This document shows positions 12,779 to 26,569 of a DNA stretch of 64,000 bases, piece after piece; position 1 is the stretch's first letter, and the number at the start of each line of letters is the position of its first letter. The position numbers and the translations under genes were made by a program. The stretch is from Paraspadella gotoi (lineage: Eukaryota; Animalia; Chaetognatha), in assembly GCA_051294375.1 (NCBI GenBank), contig CM119268.1, forward strand, positions 14,591,396 through 14,655,395, in the 5' to 3' direction. The notes under the pieces are model-generated. The model ran no database searches. It saw nothing but the letters and a program-made list of their open reading frames with translations, and was not told where the DNA came from.

Positions 12779-15700
12779 CTATTGGGGACGGGGAGGGTGG
12801 AAAGGGAGAAGAAAATGACAGTTTCGAAAACAAAGGAACAAAAGATAAATATAAAACTGGTATAAACGTGTAAAAAGGAAAATAGAAGAATAAAAACTTT
12901 GAATAAATCACCAATTCCCCCCCACTCTTTAAACCCGATTAAATCATTTTTCAACACACTGGGTGATTGCTCTCACTTCCCCTTTTCTCACTCGCGTATA
13001 AAATCTTTTTCGGTCGTTCGTCACTTTTTTCGGAGCCAAAGAAAACGACGAGCCGGTGAACTCGGCAAGAACGTAATTGACATTTGAGGAAGAAAAGTCG
13101 AAAAAGGGAATATTTGAAGGGAAACGTAGAAAGCAAAAGCTTCCAAATATGGAATACACGGAACATTCAATTACCATGATGAAAAAAAAATTGCCGCGGT
13201 TACTTTCCAGCTATTTTTCGGCATTTTAATGTAAGAATCAAAAAATAAAATTTAAATATGGAAAAACTTTGGCGTCTTGCATGAGCTGTGTCTCATTTAT
13301 GTACGACAAAAAATACAAGAGTTCCATGCAAAAAAAAAGAGCCTATCCAAAAAAATGCTTTTTTTAAATCTTTTTTATATTTATACTTTTTATATTATAC
13401 CAATTTCCGATTTTTTTTATTAATTTATAAATTAAACCATTATAATTGCCTTTTCTCATGTCAAATGGTTATTGCATCATCTTCATTAAAATAAATTCAG
13501 TATCCTAATTCATATATAAAAAAAAGCGGCATTAAAAATATATTTATGCTGCAGATGCTCCACAATATTCTTTTTATATTATTAAGTATCAATTAAAGTT
13601 ATAAAGCTCCGGGTAATGTTTCTGTGAGAAAAGTTATCATTTTTATTTACAGAACCAAGTATTAAACAAATAAAAAACAATAAATCAAAAGATTTTGTAG
13701 AAGTTAATTTTTTTTTTTCCATCGTGGTATATTCTCAGCAGTTTGGGAAGGGATCTCGAAATTAAACTGGGTAGCTAATAATCTGTAAAATGTGAGATGT
13801 TTCTTGATGTGATATATCAGCTAACCCTGGGGGGAATTACGCTCGGCGAAGCAATCTACTGAGTGGAGGGAGAGAAGGAGTACATAGAAAAAAAATAACA
13901 TTTTTGACATTAGTGGGAACGAAAGTTGTTCCGTTTCTCGGAAAGCCATCGAAAAAAAAACCCCTACCCCTACCCCAACCCCTACTATTGTAATAATAAT
14001 AGTAACTTTGAGCCGCGTCCATTAACCGCGGGATTCGCATCGAAGTTTTCCGCTCGAGCGACCAAAACAAACTTCGGCTCTAATGAGTCCGAAAATCCCG
14101 ACGAATGGCGAACTCGACCCCAACCACACCCGCCCACTAACGCAGTCGCCCCCGCCAACGCACCCGCGACAATAAAAAAAAAATCTATGCAACAGATGGC
14201 GACCGTTGATGTAAAACTCCACGAATCCCTTTTTAGATGAAAATCCAACAGATGCAGTTTTCGCAGCGTCCGACACCGCTGCGGCGCAGCCGAATTCGAT
14301 ATCCTTTTAATCACACCACAATCCTATCACATTGCGAACCCCTTTCACAGCACAGCGAATTTAACAGCAAAAAGTGAAGCCGGAGGCAAGTCATTTGCCT
14401 ACCAATCCAAAGGATCGTGGCTCTAGCCCTGTCCGCCTAGCAGTCAAGTTGGACGGTGCGCTTAACCCACCTGCAGCAGAGAGTTTACGGACTAAGCTAA
14501 GGGACTGAAATATTTTAAACGGTTAATGCATTAATACATGACCTTTAATCTGTCTCTTCTATCACCTATTATCAAATGAATGATAACAAGCAATTAAAGA
14601 CGAAAAAGTGAAAAAAAAAGTACAATTTATATTCGTTTTTGCTTTACTCTTTCACAAACAACTCACATCCCCATCGCCCCTCATCCCCCGCTACTTTTTC
14701 AGTCAATTTCGTCGTCTAGATCGACAAATCACATTTGGCCGTGGATTCTGAATTCGAGCGTGGCTTGCGTTGTAACCAAAAACGGAAAACAACGACATTG
14801 ACCTTGCAACCAAATAGATTTGATGACGTTGCAACGAAAAAGCTTCGATATTGCATGAAAATATACCATACACAATTAGCGGAATCTGTTATCAAGGAAC
14901 CAAATCGTCATCATCTCAGACGGTTTGGGAGCTCAAATGATTTGAACAAAGACGACGACGACGAATACAACGACGAAGACGACGGTCAACATATTTGTAG
15001 CCCAATCAAATGGAAAGTTTCAAGCTAACTGTGGTGTCAAATTCGAATTTAAAACCTGGCCCATCACAGCGAAAAAGTAAATTGATAGCGAAGTTTTACT
15101 TATATATGAAACTAGCTCATCGTCATAGCAACAGGCGTGGCAAAATAGAAACGCGAGTCGCAACCAATGAGGAAGTCGGCAGCCATTCGGGTGATGGAAA
15201 TTTTCCGGGTAGGGGGGGGGGAGTAAAAACTCAATTAAGTCCGGATACTTTTTTATGGCTTTTTCGGATATGTTCGTAACGTCAAAAATCGTTGGAAACG
15301 TTCTCTTTTTTTTTTCTCTCTTAGAAAAAAATTGACCGCAAATGGAGAGATGTTTTTTGTTTATTTATATATCTTTGTTATGGTTAGCATTGAGTCGATT
15401 CAAGGAGGCGCGTCTTTTATTAAAAAGTTTAAAAGTTTTAACGACGTTTTCACTCTTCACGATGATCTTATCGTCAATCGGCTTCTCTAAACGGCAATTA
15501 GCCGTTTCCAGTCCTCGACAAAGACAATTAGCATTTTATCTCTCTGAGAGTTCTTTCATCATTTGCCCTCGAGTTTTCTTATTCCTTTCTGACGCAATTA
15601 GGTTTCTTTTTTTATTTTTTCAACGAAGAAAAAAAAAACGAATTCAATGACTTTCTTTGCACATCTTTTCGGCTCATCACTCATCAGCACCCGAAGAACA

Positions 15701-18700
15701 CGACAAATCTTTTGACGTTATCAATTTAATGTAACAACAAATTACATGTTTAGAGAAAATCGCAAAACAGATGAGGAGGCTTCAACGCTTCTGTACGAAT
15801 CTTCGTTCATCGTTTCTCCTATTCGAATTCTTTTTTTCAATATGTGTCATACCCATTCCCAGTTAACATTTCTAAATAAGAGAACTGTAATCGTTAACCA
15901 ACGCGTCAAGTCGTGACTCACCCTGACAGCCTACGTTTTCGACCAAGACCCATCGATCCTGGCATCTGTCACAGCGGGGACCGGTGACACCAGGGAGGCA
16001 TTGGCACCTTCCCGTGCTAGGATCGCACCTGCGAAAGACAAATGTCAGTTATACATCTCAAACTCGCTTTTATAAAAATTTGAAATTACTATAATTTTTT
16101 TTTCGACTAACAGCAAACTCACCTTCCGCCGCTGCCGAGATGATCGCAAGAACACTTTTGACATCCGTTTGGTCCGAAGTTCCAATGGCCGTGATCGCAC
16201 TGATCGCAATTTTGACCACCGACTCCTGGTTTACACCGGCATTGACCCGTCTCCATGTCGCATTGCGGGGAGACGGCGCCTTTATGAAAAATAAATGCGC
16301 TGATATATTTACTAATAATAATAATTTTTATTATTTCAGTATAGCTCTGACATTTTAAAGCATGTTAAAAGATATAATTATGTCTTATTTTAGAAATACT
16401 TTTGATAAACACGTACATTTGTTAAATATATCATCGAAACTAATTGGCTTACCTCTTCCACAATTGCAGGGGCGGCAACCTTGTCCCGAATTGAAGCCCC
16501 AGTGATCCGGCGCGCATCTGTCGCAGTCGGGGCCCACGACGCTAGGGTGACAGGTGCACCGTCCAGAATTTCTCTCGCAGTCTCGAGACCCTAGACGAGA
16601 ACAGGTGCAGGGGGTGCAAGGCATCTGGCGGATCGGATCGCCCCAGTGCCAGGGCAGGCACTCGCCGCAGTTGGGGCCGACCGCGTTGCCGCGGCATTTG
16701 AGGCATTCGCCCGAGCGCTTGTCGCAGGCATTCGGATCCGTCAGGTCGATGAGGCCGTTGCATCCGCAAGGCTGGCATCTGACGCCGGTCATTGGGTCGC
16801 CGAAAAAGCCGGATTGGCATCTAGAAACGGCAGTAGTGATGGAGGAAAAGTTAAAAAAATGTACTAAAATTTTCTGCCATCATATTTATAAAAACGTAAG
16901 ATCCCCGTATGGGAGTATTTTAGTAGTTTCTTTCGTCCCCTACACTTCGTCCTTACCTTTCGCAAGTGGGTCCATCAAATCCGGGAAGGCAAGCACAGAC
17001 AAAACCGTGAGGGCGGTAGCGGTCCGGTTGTTGACAAGATTCCGCAAAGCTAGAATCCGAACAAAAGAACAAGGAAAATTAGAAGGACCGACTCCGGGAG
17101 AAAAGCTTATAGATTTGCAAGTTACGTAAAATCGCCACACAACTCGGAATTCAGCGACCGGTTATGACCGTTGACGTATGTTCCATTTAATCTTAGGTAA
17201 AATTTTCCCATAACTTATGGCATAAGAGGAAGATTTTAAAACGCTCTCCATGGTCTCCCATCAAAATTTAGGTTTACCTATGATCGCTTGGTAATACATA
17301 CTATACGCTAATTAATATAATTATTATTGTCAAAGAAAAGAGTGAGCGAAAAACCATGCGTGATCTTCGAATGCGATCAAGTACGAGAAAGCAAAGCTTC
17401 GTCTCAAAAGCCAATTATTATAAAAGCATTTAACGCCTTAAATTTAAATTAGTGGGCGCGTCAGAGGATGAAATTACGCAAAAATAAATTTTTTGAATAT
17501 TTTGGCTGGTAATATCTGGCTTAATAAATTTAAAAAAAATATATCGATAATTGATTGTTAATAACGGGATCTACATTATTTTAAATATTTTATAAATAAA
17601 AATAGCAATCCACCCTACTTGACAATGCCCTCAATCGGTAAAACAACATGACTCGGAAAATCAAATAAAAATCACTCGATAAATCAATGCAAATCGAGTA
17701 AGGTGGTTGCCGTTTCGGTCCGTTTTGTTTGTTTGCTGTTTCGTTTATTGTTTTTTTTTTCTTACCAAAATAATGGCCCACTGCCGAAAAAGCAAAACAG
17801 GTTTTGCCGCGCGGAGAAAGAAAATGAAGGGGACTACATTAAACCGCTTTTAGCTTGGAATCAAATATGCAACGCTAAGCTTCTTTTTTTATTTTGAAGA
17901 CTCGACAGCGAAATAGGACGCTTTTTTCGTGCAATATTGTTCTGGTCGTGATATCTACTTCGACTTACCAAAGGAAAAAGATTAGTTCAACGTTTATTTA
18001 GGAACAACCTACGTCTAAAACAGGGTCGCATCTTTGTACATCCTAAACGCAGCTCAAGCTGAAATCCTCTTTTCGAACAAACCAATTGCTAATGGTTCAT
18101 TCGTTCAATGACATTTAAGGCCGACAGAAAGAACATGACATGACGCCTTCTGTCTTGTTACATGCTTTTGTTCAGCGGTGCAAAACGTCTGAAGTCACGA
18201 AATTGATGAGAATCGAAAAAGAATCGTCCATCCTAACTCACTTGAAACCGGGGCGCGCCTGTGGGCAAGGGCAAATACGGCACGACTCGCCCGCCATGGG
18301 GTCCCCATAATGTCCAGATTCGCAACGTTCGCAATGGTCGCCCGCAGTGTTGCCGCGACAATCCTGCAAGGAGGCGAGATGTGATAAATAGCTGATCAAA
18401 CTATCAAACTATTTTGGATGGATGTATATAAAGAAAGCCAAGGGAAAAGAGAGAAAAGAATTCGAGGATTTCAACTCACGATGCATTTTCCGGTGATGGG
18501 GTCGCATCTATCAGCGCGACCATTGCACTGACAAGGAATGCACACGCCGAGGTAAGGACCGGCGTGTGATCGGTAGAAACCATCAGCGCAATCCTCACAG
18601 GAGGTTCCAACGTAGTTGGACGGGCATCTGGAAAGAAAGTTTTAGATATTTTAGGAAGATGTTCCGTCAATCATCAGTAGCTAAATAATAATAAGTAAAT

Positions 18701-21700
18701 AATAATATGGCGGTATTCCTTACCTGCATTCCTCGACATTCAGAGCGACGGCGTTGGCCGAAATCGTGTTGCGTTCGGCAATGTCGAGTTGAATATGGCT
18801 GAGCCTAAATGGGATTTGAAAGAAAGGAAGGTTCTTTAAGATTGAGGCGAAAGATTAAGAACTTTGAAACAATTTTAACGACGATAAATAAGACGAAATG
18901 AGAGAGCGAATAAAAAACGCTTTATAAATTATAATAAGAGTAAAAATAGGATTGTAATTTCTTGCAAGAGATACGACTCGATAAAAAACCTAAAACGATG
19001 ATTTCTCAGCGAGGGATGTGGGTTAAAGAAATGACGGAAAGTCGGTGAGAAAAATGATTTGAGCTTAACCAAAAAAAATTAGGTGAGAGTTGAAAGAAAT
19101 CGACAGAGAACAATCCGATTAACGCACCATATTTCGACGGTAAAAATTCAAAAGGGAAAAATGAGGCAAAAACATGATGCTAGAGTTTTTTTCTTGAGAT
19201 AAAATGAATAAGGATGACGCCTTAACGAGAACAAACGATTAGATCGTAGCGGCTTTTACGAGGGCGTTAACTACGCACTCATCTAAAGGACAACAACGAC
19301 GACAACAACGTCGCTAAAAGCATTCGACTTGAAATAACTCGTTTGACGCGGCTTCTCCCCTCACGGCAGTGGAGAGAGGAGCCCTCTCAAAATGAGCATT
19401 TCCCTTTTAGAGCGATAACCTCGTGATGATCCTGTCGGCGGTGGAACCGCCGAATGAAGAGAATAAGGGGGTTGAAAGCCGTGGATATTGGACCGATAAA
19501 TGTGAATGGGAATTAAATGAAAACGATAGGAGGAAAAAAAAAAGATATCTTTTCATTAATTTTTGTACGCAGAAAAATAACCGAATTTCTTTTCTGCTTG
19601 ATGACGCTCTGTATAATACAACACCGCGCTCATAGTAACAATTTACATCCCCTCGATCCTACACTCCTCCCATCTCCTAATGAAAACTAGAAAGAAGCGG
19701 CGCCGGCGGGTAAATACTGAGAGCCTGCGCTTAATGACAATATTAAAGCATAACTGAAATGACGTCAACCTTTGTTGCTAAATAATAGAGAAACGAAATT
19801 AAAAAGAAAAAAAAAACATAATAAAAAAGAGAAACAGAAACAAAAGAATGAGGAAATTTAAAGAAAAGGTCGGGGAGACTTGAATACGACACCATGATTT
19901 TTTTTAATTCTTCATTCAAGGTTTTTTTTAGTTGCGCCGCGAGTACTCTATATGTCACTTTTGGGTCGGTCTGTCCGTCGGTCTGTCTGCGAGTCCCACT
20001 TATGTTAAAAATGCATATAATTTGACGATCTTTGGATGCTCATTTGTTAAGACAGAAAAAACCTCAAATCTAAGAGACTGCTAGCGCCGCCTTCAGGAAT
20101 TCCTAAAACTATAAGGAATAAAATACGGAATGTGGAATTACCGTAGTTTTTTTTTTAAATACAAAACATGAAAGAAATATTGAAAAATTGACAATTGAGC
20201 CTCAATATGGCTGAAATTATTCTTATCTCTAGGAAACTGTCTCAAAACCTAAAATCCTAAGATATTGTGTGCCTATAAATTAATAATTTTAAAAAGCAAA
20301 CAATGGCGTAATATAGTGGGTCGGCTGTTGAATTAGCTCAATTTCAAAAATGTTGAAAAAGAAAATATCAGTGGCGTGGTTCCAATTCCCATTCGTTGGC
20401 AAGACCGAAACGCCGAAGAAAAATATACAATTTTGAATTGAATTGAGAAAATGAGAATATACACTGATAATAACAATTAATATTTCACAAACTAACAATA
20501 ATGACTTGATATTTATCAAAGGAAGACTTACCTCGTTTCCGAAGTGAGTTGCGTGTAAGAAGCGCGGATTTTCAGCATGGACAAGTCGGCAAGTACCATC
20601 ATGAATTGCTCCCGCGAAACCGAACCTCCGCGATCGTGATGGTGAACGAAACCGCTCTGGAGAAAATTAGAAACAGTTCGATTTGAGGGTAAGTTAGACA
20701 TAGATTTAGCAATTGTTTTTCGACTTTAATATTATATTCTAACTAAAATCGAGAGGGGGAGAGAGAGAAGGTAAGAGATGCGGGAGAGAGAGGGGCTGAG
20801 AAAAGAGAAAGAAAGAAACCAACCGGAACCAACGTCGCAATTTTTCATGGCTAAAGGGGAAAAGGAGATATGTTTTTTTTTTCGGCGCAAGGTCACGAAA
20901 TATCTCGAGGAATTCCAGAGATATTTTCGTCGGTCACAGCTTTGATGCCTTTTTGAGCGGNNNNNNNNNNAGGGTGCAACGATATTTATACCTCTAAAAA
21001 ACTCTGACCAACATTGAGCTCCGTCAATTAGCCGCCGTTTCCATTAGCGCGCAGTTATGATGATGACGAACGTGGGACCAGGTGCATTCCAAGTAAAAAA
21101 AAAAACCCTCAGAAAAGAAACCTTGATTTACATTCGCTAAAATACTATTTCCAAGAGGCGAGAAGAAAAATTGCTCTTCACCTTTTCAAAGTAGTTGGCA
21201 AAGAAGACAGACTATTCTTTTAAAAAGGTGAAGCAGGAAGAGACGATGACGAATCGATGTTCCTCTTTTTTTTTTTCAACTTTACTAAGCGCCCCGCGGA
21301 GGGGTCTCTGTCTCCAGGTTTGCGTCCCCAGAGAGTTTTCGAGAGTTCTCCGGAGAAAACGGGCGCCGGTCGCGCGTTAGAACGTGAGAACGGGGGAAGA
21401 AGGGAAGTGGGGGTTTGAGCGAGAAGGCGCGGGAAAAAAAAAACGGTCTCGAAGGAAAACCGAGGCCGCGGCGGCAAACGTCTCGCTGGGAAACTACTGC
21501 TGCGAGCGACGTCTAAATAGAAAATAAAAAAAGAGCGCGGCCTTTCAGGGAGTGAAAGGAACCAAGATGGAGCGTTGCAATGCTCAGTGCTCACTGTGAT
21601 CAAGTGAGAGCGTTCAAACTTGTGAAACCTTGAGGAATGGCAGGTGGTTATGTGATGAGCAAAAGTTTTTTAGTTGTTGTTGTTTTTTTTTTCTATCGCA

Positions 21701-24477
21701 AAAACCGTCACCGACTAATTCTTCGCTCGGGCGCCAGACAAATAATTTTCGGTCCGCACGGAGGCGATTGTTTCCAAATGGGAAAAGAGCGATGATTTGA
21801 CGGACAGAACATCGAGGCTAACGACGTATAACATAGTAACAATGTTACTAACATTGGCGAATAGTGAAATACGTGAACAAGAGAGCAGAGGGGGAGAGAC
21901 GGATAGAATGAGAGAGGGACAAGGGGATAGAGTAATTTTCTGCGTTCAATTTTTTTTCAAGGGTATTTGATGAAATTGATTTTCAAATTAAAATATAGTA
22001 AAATATAGTAATCGAAGAGAAGACGTTTTCCAACTTTTAATCACTTAAAAAGAGGACCCCTTTAACACTTCTCAATTTCCACCGATTGATTAGGGTTGTT
22101 GAGAAACAATTTTCGGAACCTTTTGACCTCCCCCCTAGTCGCCCTTCCCTCCTCCCCTCTCCTTAAACTGACCGGCAACATGTCGATCCTGACATCGGTC
22201 GGTCGGTTCGGCTCCGGTCGGACGATGGACGTGTGAGCGACGGTGATGTTGTTTCCGCTAAGAATCACGTCAGCCTCGAGACGAGTCGAGTCCCTTTGAC
22301 CGGGAGGCACGACGAAGTTGACGCGGTACCGGAGCTCGCCGCCGAAGGAGGTCACCTGTGACGTGGGTAAGTTTGACAGGGTAAAGTTTGAGAACGAAAC
22401 AAATTTTTGGTATTGGTCAGGTTTTTAAGCGTCAAAAATAGCGACGAGAATGAGAAAACGGGAACAGTTTACGAAAAGAGGTTAAGGGGGTTAAAGGGTC
22501 GTGTAAATAGAGAGGGGATAGGGGGGGGAGGAAACATCCGTGGCAAAAAAAATTGAGTTGAGCGAAATGGCGACGTCAAAGCGCCGGTTTGAGCGAGACC
22601 AGCGGAAAACTCGCTCAATAAATCAAAAAAAAAAATTGCTTTTTCCAACGCAACATGTACGAAACGGAGTCGCTACTGATATGAAGCGACCACTATAAAA
22701 AGTAAGTCACAGAATACATGACAATCGATAAAAATGTGATAAAATGACTTTAATCGATAATTTTTAAGAAACATGTTATAATGGCTGCAGTTATAATTAT
22801 GCGTAATTTGTGCACACCAATGTTAGAAAAAAAAGTCGAGAATCAACTGTATAAGTTTTGAAATATATTGTCTCCTGCATGATATAATTATAAAGACATT
22901 TTCAACGGCTTTTTTCTGCAAAAAAAATATCGGGGACGAAATTCAACGATGACGTTGGTCACGTGATTTCCGCGTGGCGCCGAAGTATCGAGCCTTCCCC
23001 CCAGTTGCTCCCACACGGAGAAAATTCCTCTTTATATTAAATTTTGACGAGGGGGAATCGGAGTCGAGCGAATAAGTGGTAAACAAATATAAACATCGTC
23101 TCGAAAAGTTCTCAAAAGGCCTTCGGCGTCTCTTTAAAAAAAATTCTTTTTTCTTTTAACTATTTTTGCTAACTATTATAGTAAGCGAGTAATGACACTT
23201 CTATCGATCAGTCCAAGTTCCATAAAATCACAGAGAAGCCGAATGACAATTAAATAACTTACCCTGTTGCCCAGGTAGGACCCTGGCGCGACCCAATAGG
23301 CCGGACGCGATGGATCGTCCGGCGATCGTCCCGCCATGTCGACGACGAGGGCGCGGTCTTGAACGTCGACGCGTCCCTGGCGGAAGTTGTCGAGACCCCA
23401 TCCGTTGAGGTCGGTCAGCTGAAATAAGGAGGCGTGGGTGGAGAATAGGGACAACTTTTAATTTATCGTTCGTTTTATGCAAATAATACAAGCCGTTTCG
23501 TCGTACACAACGCGCCACTCGAAAGAAGCGTTTAAAATCGACACGAAAACCAATTTAGAACGGAGTCGACAAACGTCATTTTAATTCGTTTTCAAGTGCA
23601 AAAAAAAAAAATTTGCTTTAAAAAGTGCCCCATGTGCGGGTGTGTGACAAAAACACAGCAGGTTTGAGCGGGTGCATTATTGAGAAGGTGCACCCGGGGC
23701 TTAATCATCATTTAATAAATGAAATTCATGACCTAGAAATATATGTTCCAAGCCATTTGCCTTCTGTTGCTAGAGCATTAAAATTTATAGTCTTAAAATC
23801 ATCCGATCTCTACAAACAAATTGTTAGAGATCAGCTCAATATTTTCTTTCATTGTCATTGGTTTTTCAGAATTATAATAAAATACGAAAATTAGAGAGAC
23901 GAAGTTGAATAAAAAATAATAATTAAAGAAACAAAGGGGAAAATAATTGAAAAGATAGTAAAGGCGGGTAAAGTAGATCGAATAAAAGAAATAGAAAAAT
24001 AAGAGGTAGGTAAAATTTGGGAAACATAAATATAAATAGTAAAAAAAAGACTGGAAAAAGGTTGTGAATAAAGTCGCGTATATAGTATATAGATAAGATA
24101 AAGTTTAACTCAATTAAAAATCAATGGTCGGAGAAGAAGAAAAAGAAACAAAAGGGAAATTCTATCAAAACTATCGGGAGAAAAAAATAAAGGAAATAAA
24201 TTGAAACTAAGAAGAGGGAATGGATAAATTACGTCATGAATGGAAATATGGCTGAAACGCTATGCGCATTGCGCAAATCCGATGGAATTCTGCTTTTTAG
24301 GGACGTTTTCAAAATACAGAAAAACCGCGAATGAACCGAGAACCGAAAAATACGATTCTGGTCATGATTGAAATTTAAAAGTTGGTTTTTGTATTGGACC
24401 TTCTACTTAAAACGATTTAATTTACACTAAATTTAGGTTTTTAACTAGTATAAAACACCTCGTTCGATTTGAGTGTG

Positions 24478-24548
<71 letters not shown>

Positions 24549-24581
24549 AGAAAGATATCATCGATGGGAAAGAAATGAGTG

Positions 24582-24649
<68 letters not shown>

Positions 24650-26127
24650 CATATGCAGCATGCGTCGCATTAAGCCGCGGCAGCAGGATTGTCGGAACTG
24701 AAGCTCATCGACGGGTACGAAAAAAGACAAAGATAAAAAATTGTCGTAATTAAAAGTCTATCCCTCTCTCTTTAATTTTAATAATTTTAACTGCACGAGT
24801 AAGGGTCGCCGAACTTAACAAGAAAAGCAAACAAGTTACTTATTTCAAGTTTTTTTTTATAAAATTCGGATAATTAGCGATGTACTGTCTAAATTAATTT
24901 TGCTAAAAAAAATAGCATAGTAATTGATTAAAAAATTTCAAGACACGAAGAGAATTTGTAAAGAGGCGACAAAAAGCAAATTATTCAAACCGCTGTAATT
25001 AACAATATCGATTTTTTTTCTTCCACTCAAGAAAGTTATTGTTATTGTTAAAGTTAGTGTTATTCCTTGGTTAAAATTGTTATTTTTTCTTTTCTCCGGA
25101 GAGAGGCTCAATAACTTTTTCAGCCTCGAATTACTGTTTTCCTTAAAACCTAAAAAAAAAGGAAAACAACTTTCTCCTCGATCCAAAACTCATTCCCACA
25201 AAAGTCGATATATCTTATCACAACCAACTTATCACACATCGGAATCACAAGATAGTTCGCTCTCAAAATCTCCCACAATCGAAACGGATTTTTATTCGCT
25301 GGGGCCGAATCATAATCGGAGCAGTTAATAAATCTTATTTTTTTTCCTCAGGAGATTGTGAGAGATCCGGTTTTGGCACGTTCAGCTAATTTTACGACTG
25401 TCGGAGCTGATTTAACTAACAAAATTGAACCGGGCGGCTGAGGAGTGAACGAAGAAGCTAATCATAACTACCATAAAGCTATCTGAAGAAATATAAAAAT
25501 CTACTGAAAAAGTTTATTCGAAAACTAAATATGATTTGATCGAGAAAATTGAATTAACGATCGTAAAAACGAGCTAACGAACGAACTCTATGACGACAAA
25601 AAGCGATGGCGAACCAATACATCTCCGACTTTTCGCAATAAAAGTCCGAAAAAGTATTTTTTTATCGAAAAATCTAAGGAGACAGAAAGTCGAACTCAAA
25701 CTTCCTCTCGGTTTTTTTTATTTTTAATTTCTTTCGATCCTTAAATTTTTTCTTCTTGCTCGTGTTTTTGTATCACCGAAGGGACCAACGATAGAGTCAA
25801 TCTCGTAAATTAAGAAAATCCTCTCGGGGGGGAAAAACGCCTTCGTTCGAATCATTTCGAAAAATGAAAAAAAGAAATAGGGACAGAGTCGTCGAGTACT
25901 TTCGAAGCAATGATCTCATTTTAAAGTAGATCGCGCTCAAAAACGACCCGACTGACATGGTTTAACGACAACAGGTTTCACAATCCGAAAGAGCTTAAAT
26001 CGATACATTTATTTTTCATCATCGTTTTCATATTTGATCGAGGAAATGATCATTTTCCGACTTCTCATTTCCTGTTACTTGGTGAGACTTAAAAAAGAAA
26101 CAATCCACAATACTCGACCCCTTTAAA

Positions 26128-26163
<36 letters not shown>

Positions 26164-26538
26164 TTCTCAAGAAGCCTACTCGTGATAACCAAATCTCTTT
26201 AAAAAAAAACTTAATACCACAACTCCCGACTAAAAGGCGAAAAAAAAAATCGATATCTTTCCTCTGAGAAGAGAGCTTTTCTTTTCTCCCTCTCGTAGCA
26301 GCGCGACGAAAAGCGAAGAGAGAAAAAGTCACAATGCGCCTATCGCACAGAACAATATAACTATAAAAAAGTATCAAAACCCCGAGGGAAACGCATTCCG
26401 AGGAATCTTTATCCGGTTTTTCCTTTTCCCGCGCTGGCTTTATTTCTCTATCTCTTTCTCTCCCCTCTTCGTGGGTTTCCATGTTCTTCGGGAGAGAGAA
26501 AATAAAGGACGAGCTCAGCGCGGCGCGCAAAGGAGGAC

Positions 26539-26569
<31 letters not shown>

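Noticed and set aside
14735-15028. ORF with a [11 protein letters not shown] acidic tract as another nested gene
   Set aside because: Driven by a short (GAC)n repeat; no convincing splice partners or domain.
16554-17129. Plus-strand 191-aa ORF and similar antisense ORFs (34921-35475, 40693-41154, 1352-1742)
   Set aside because: Shadow frames of GC-rich exons or ORFs on the opposite strand, with no recognisable motifs.
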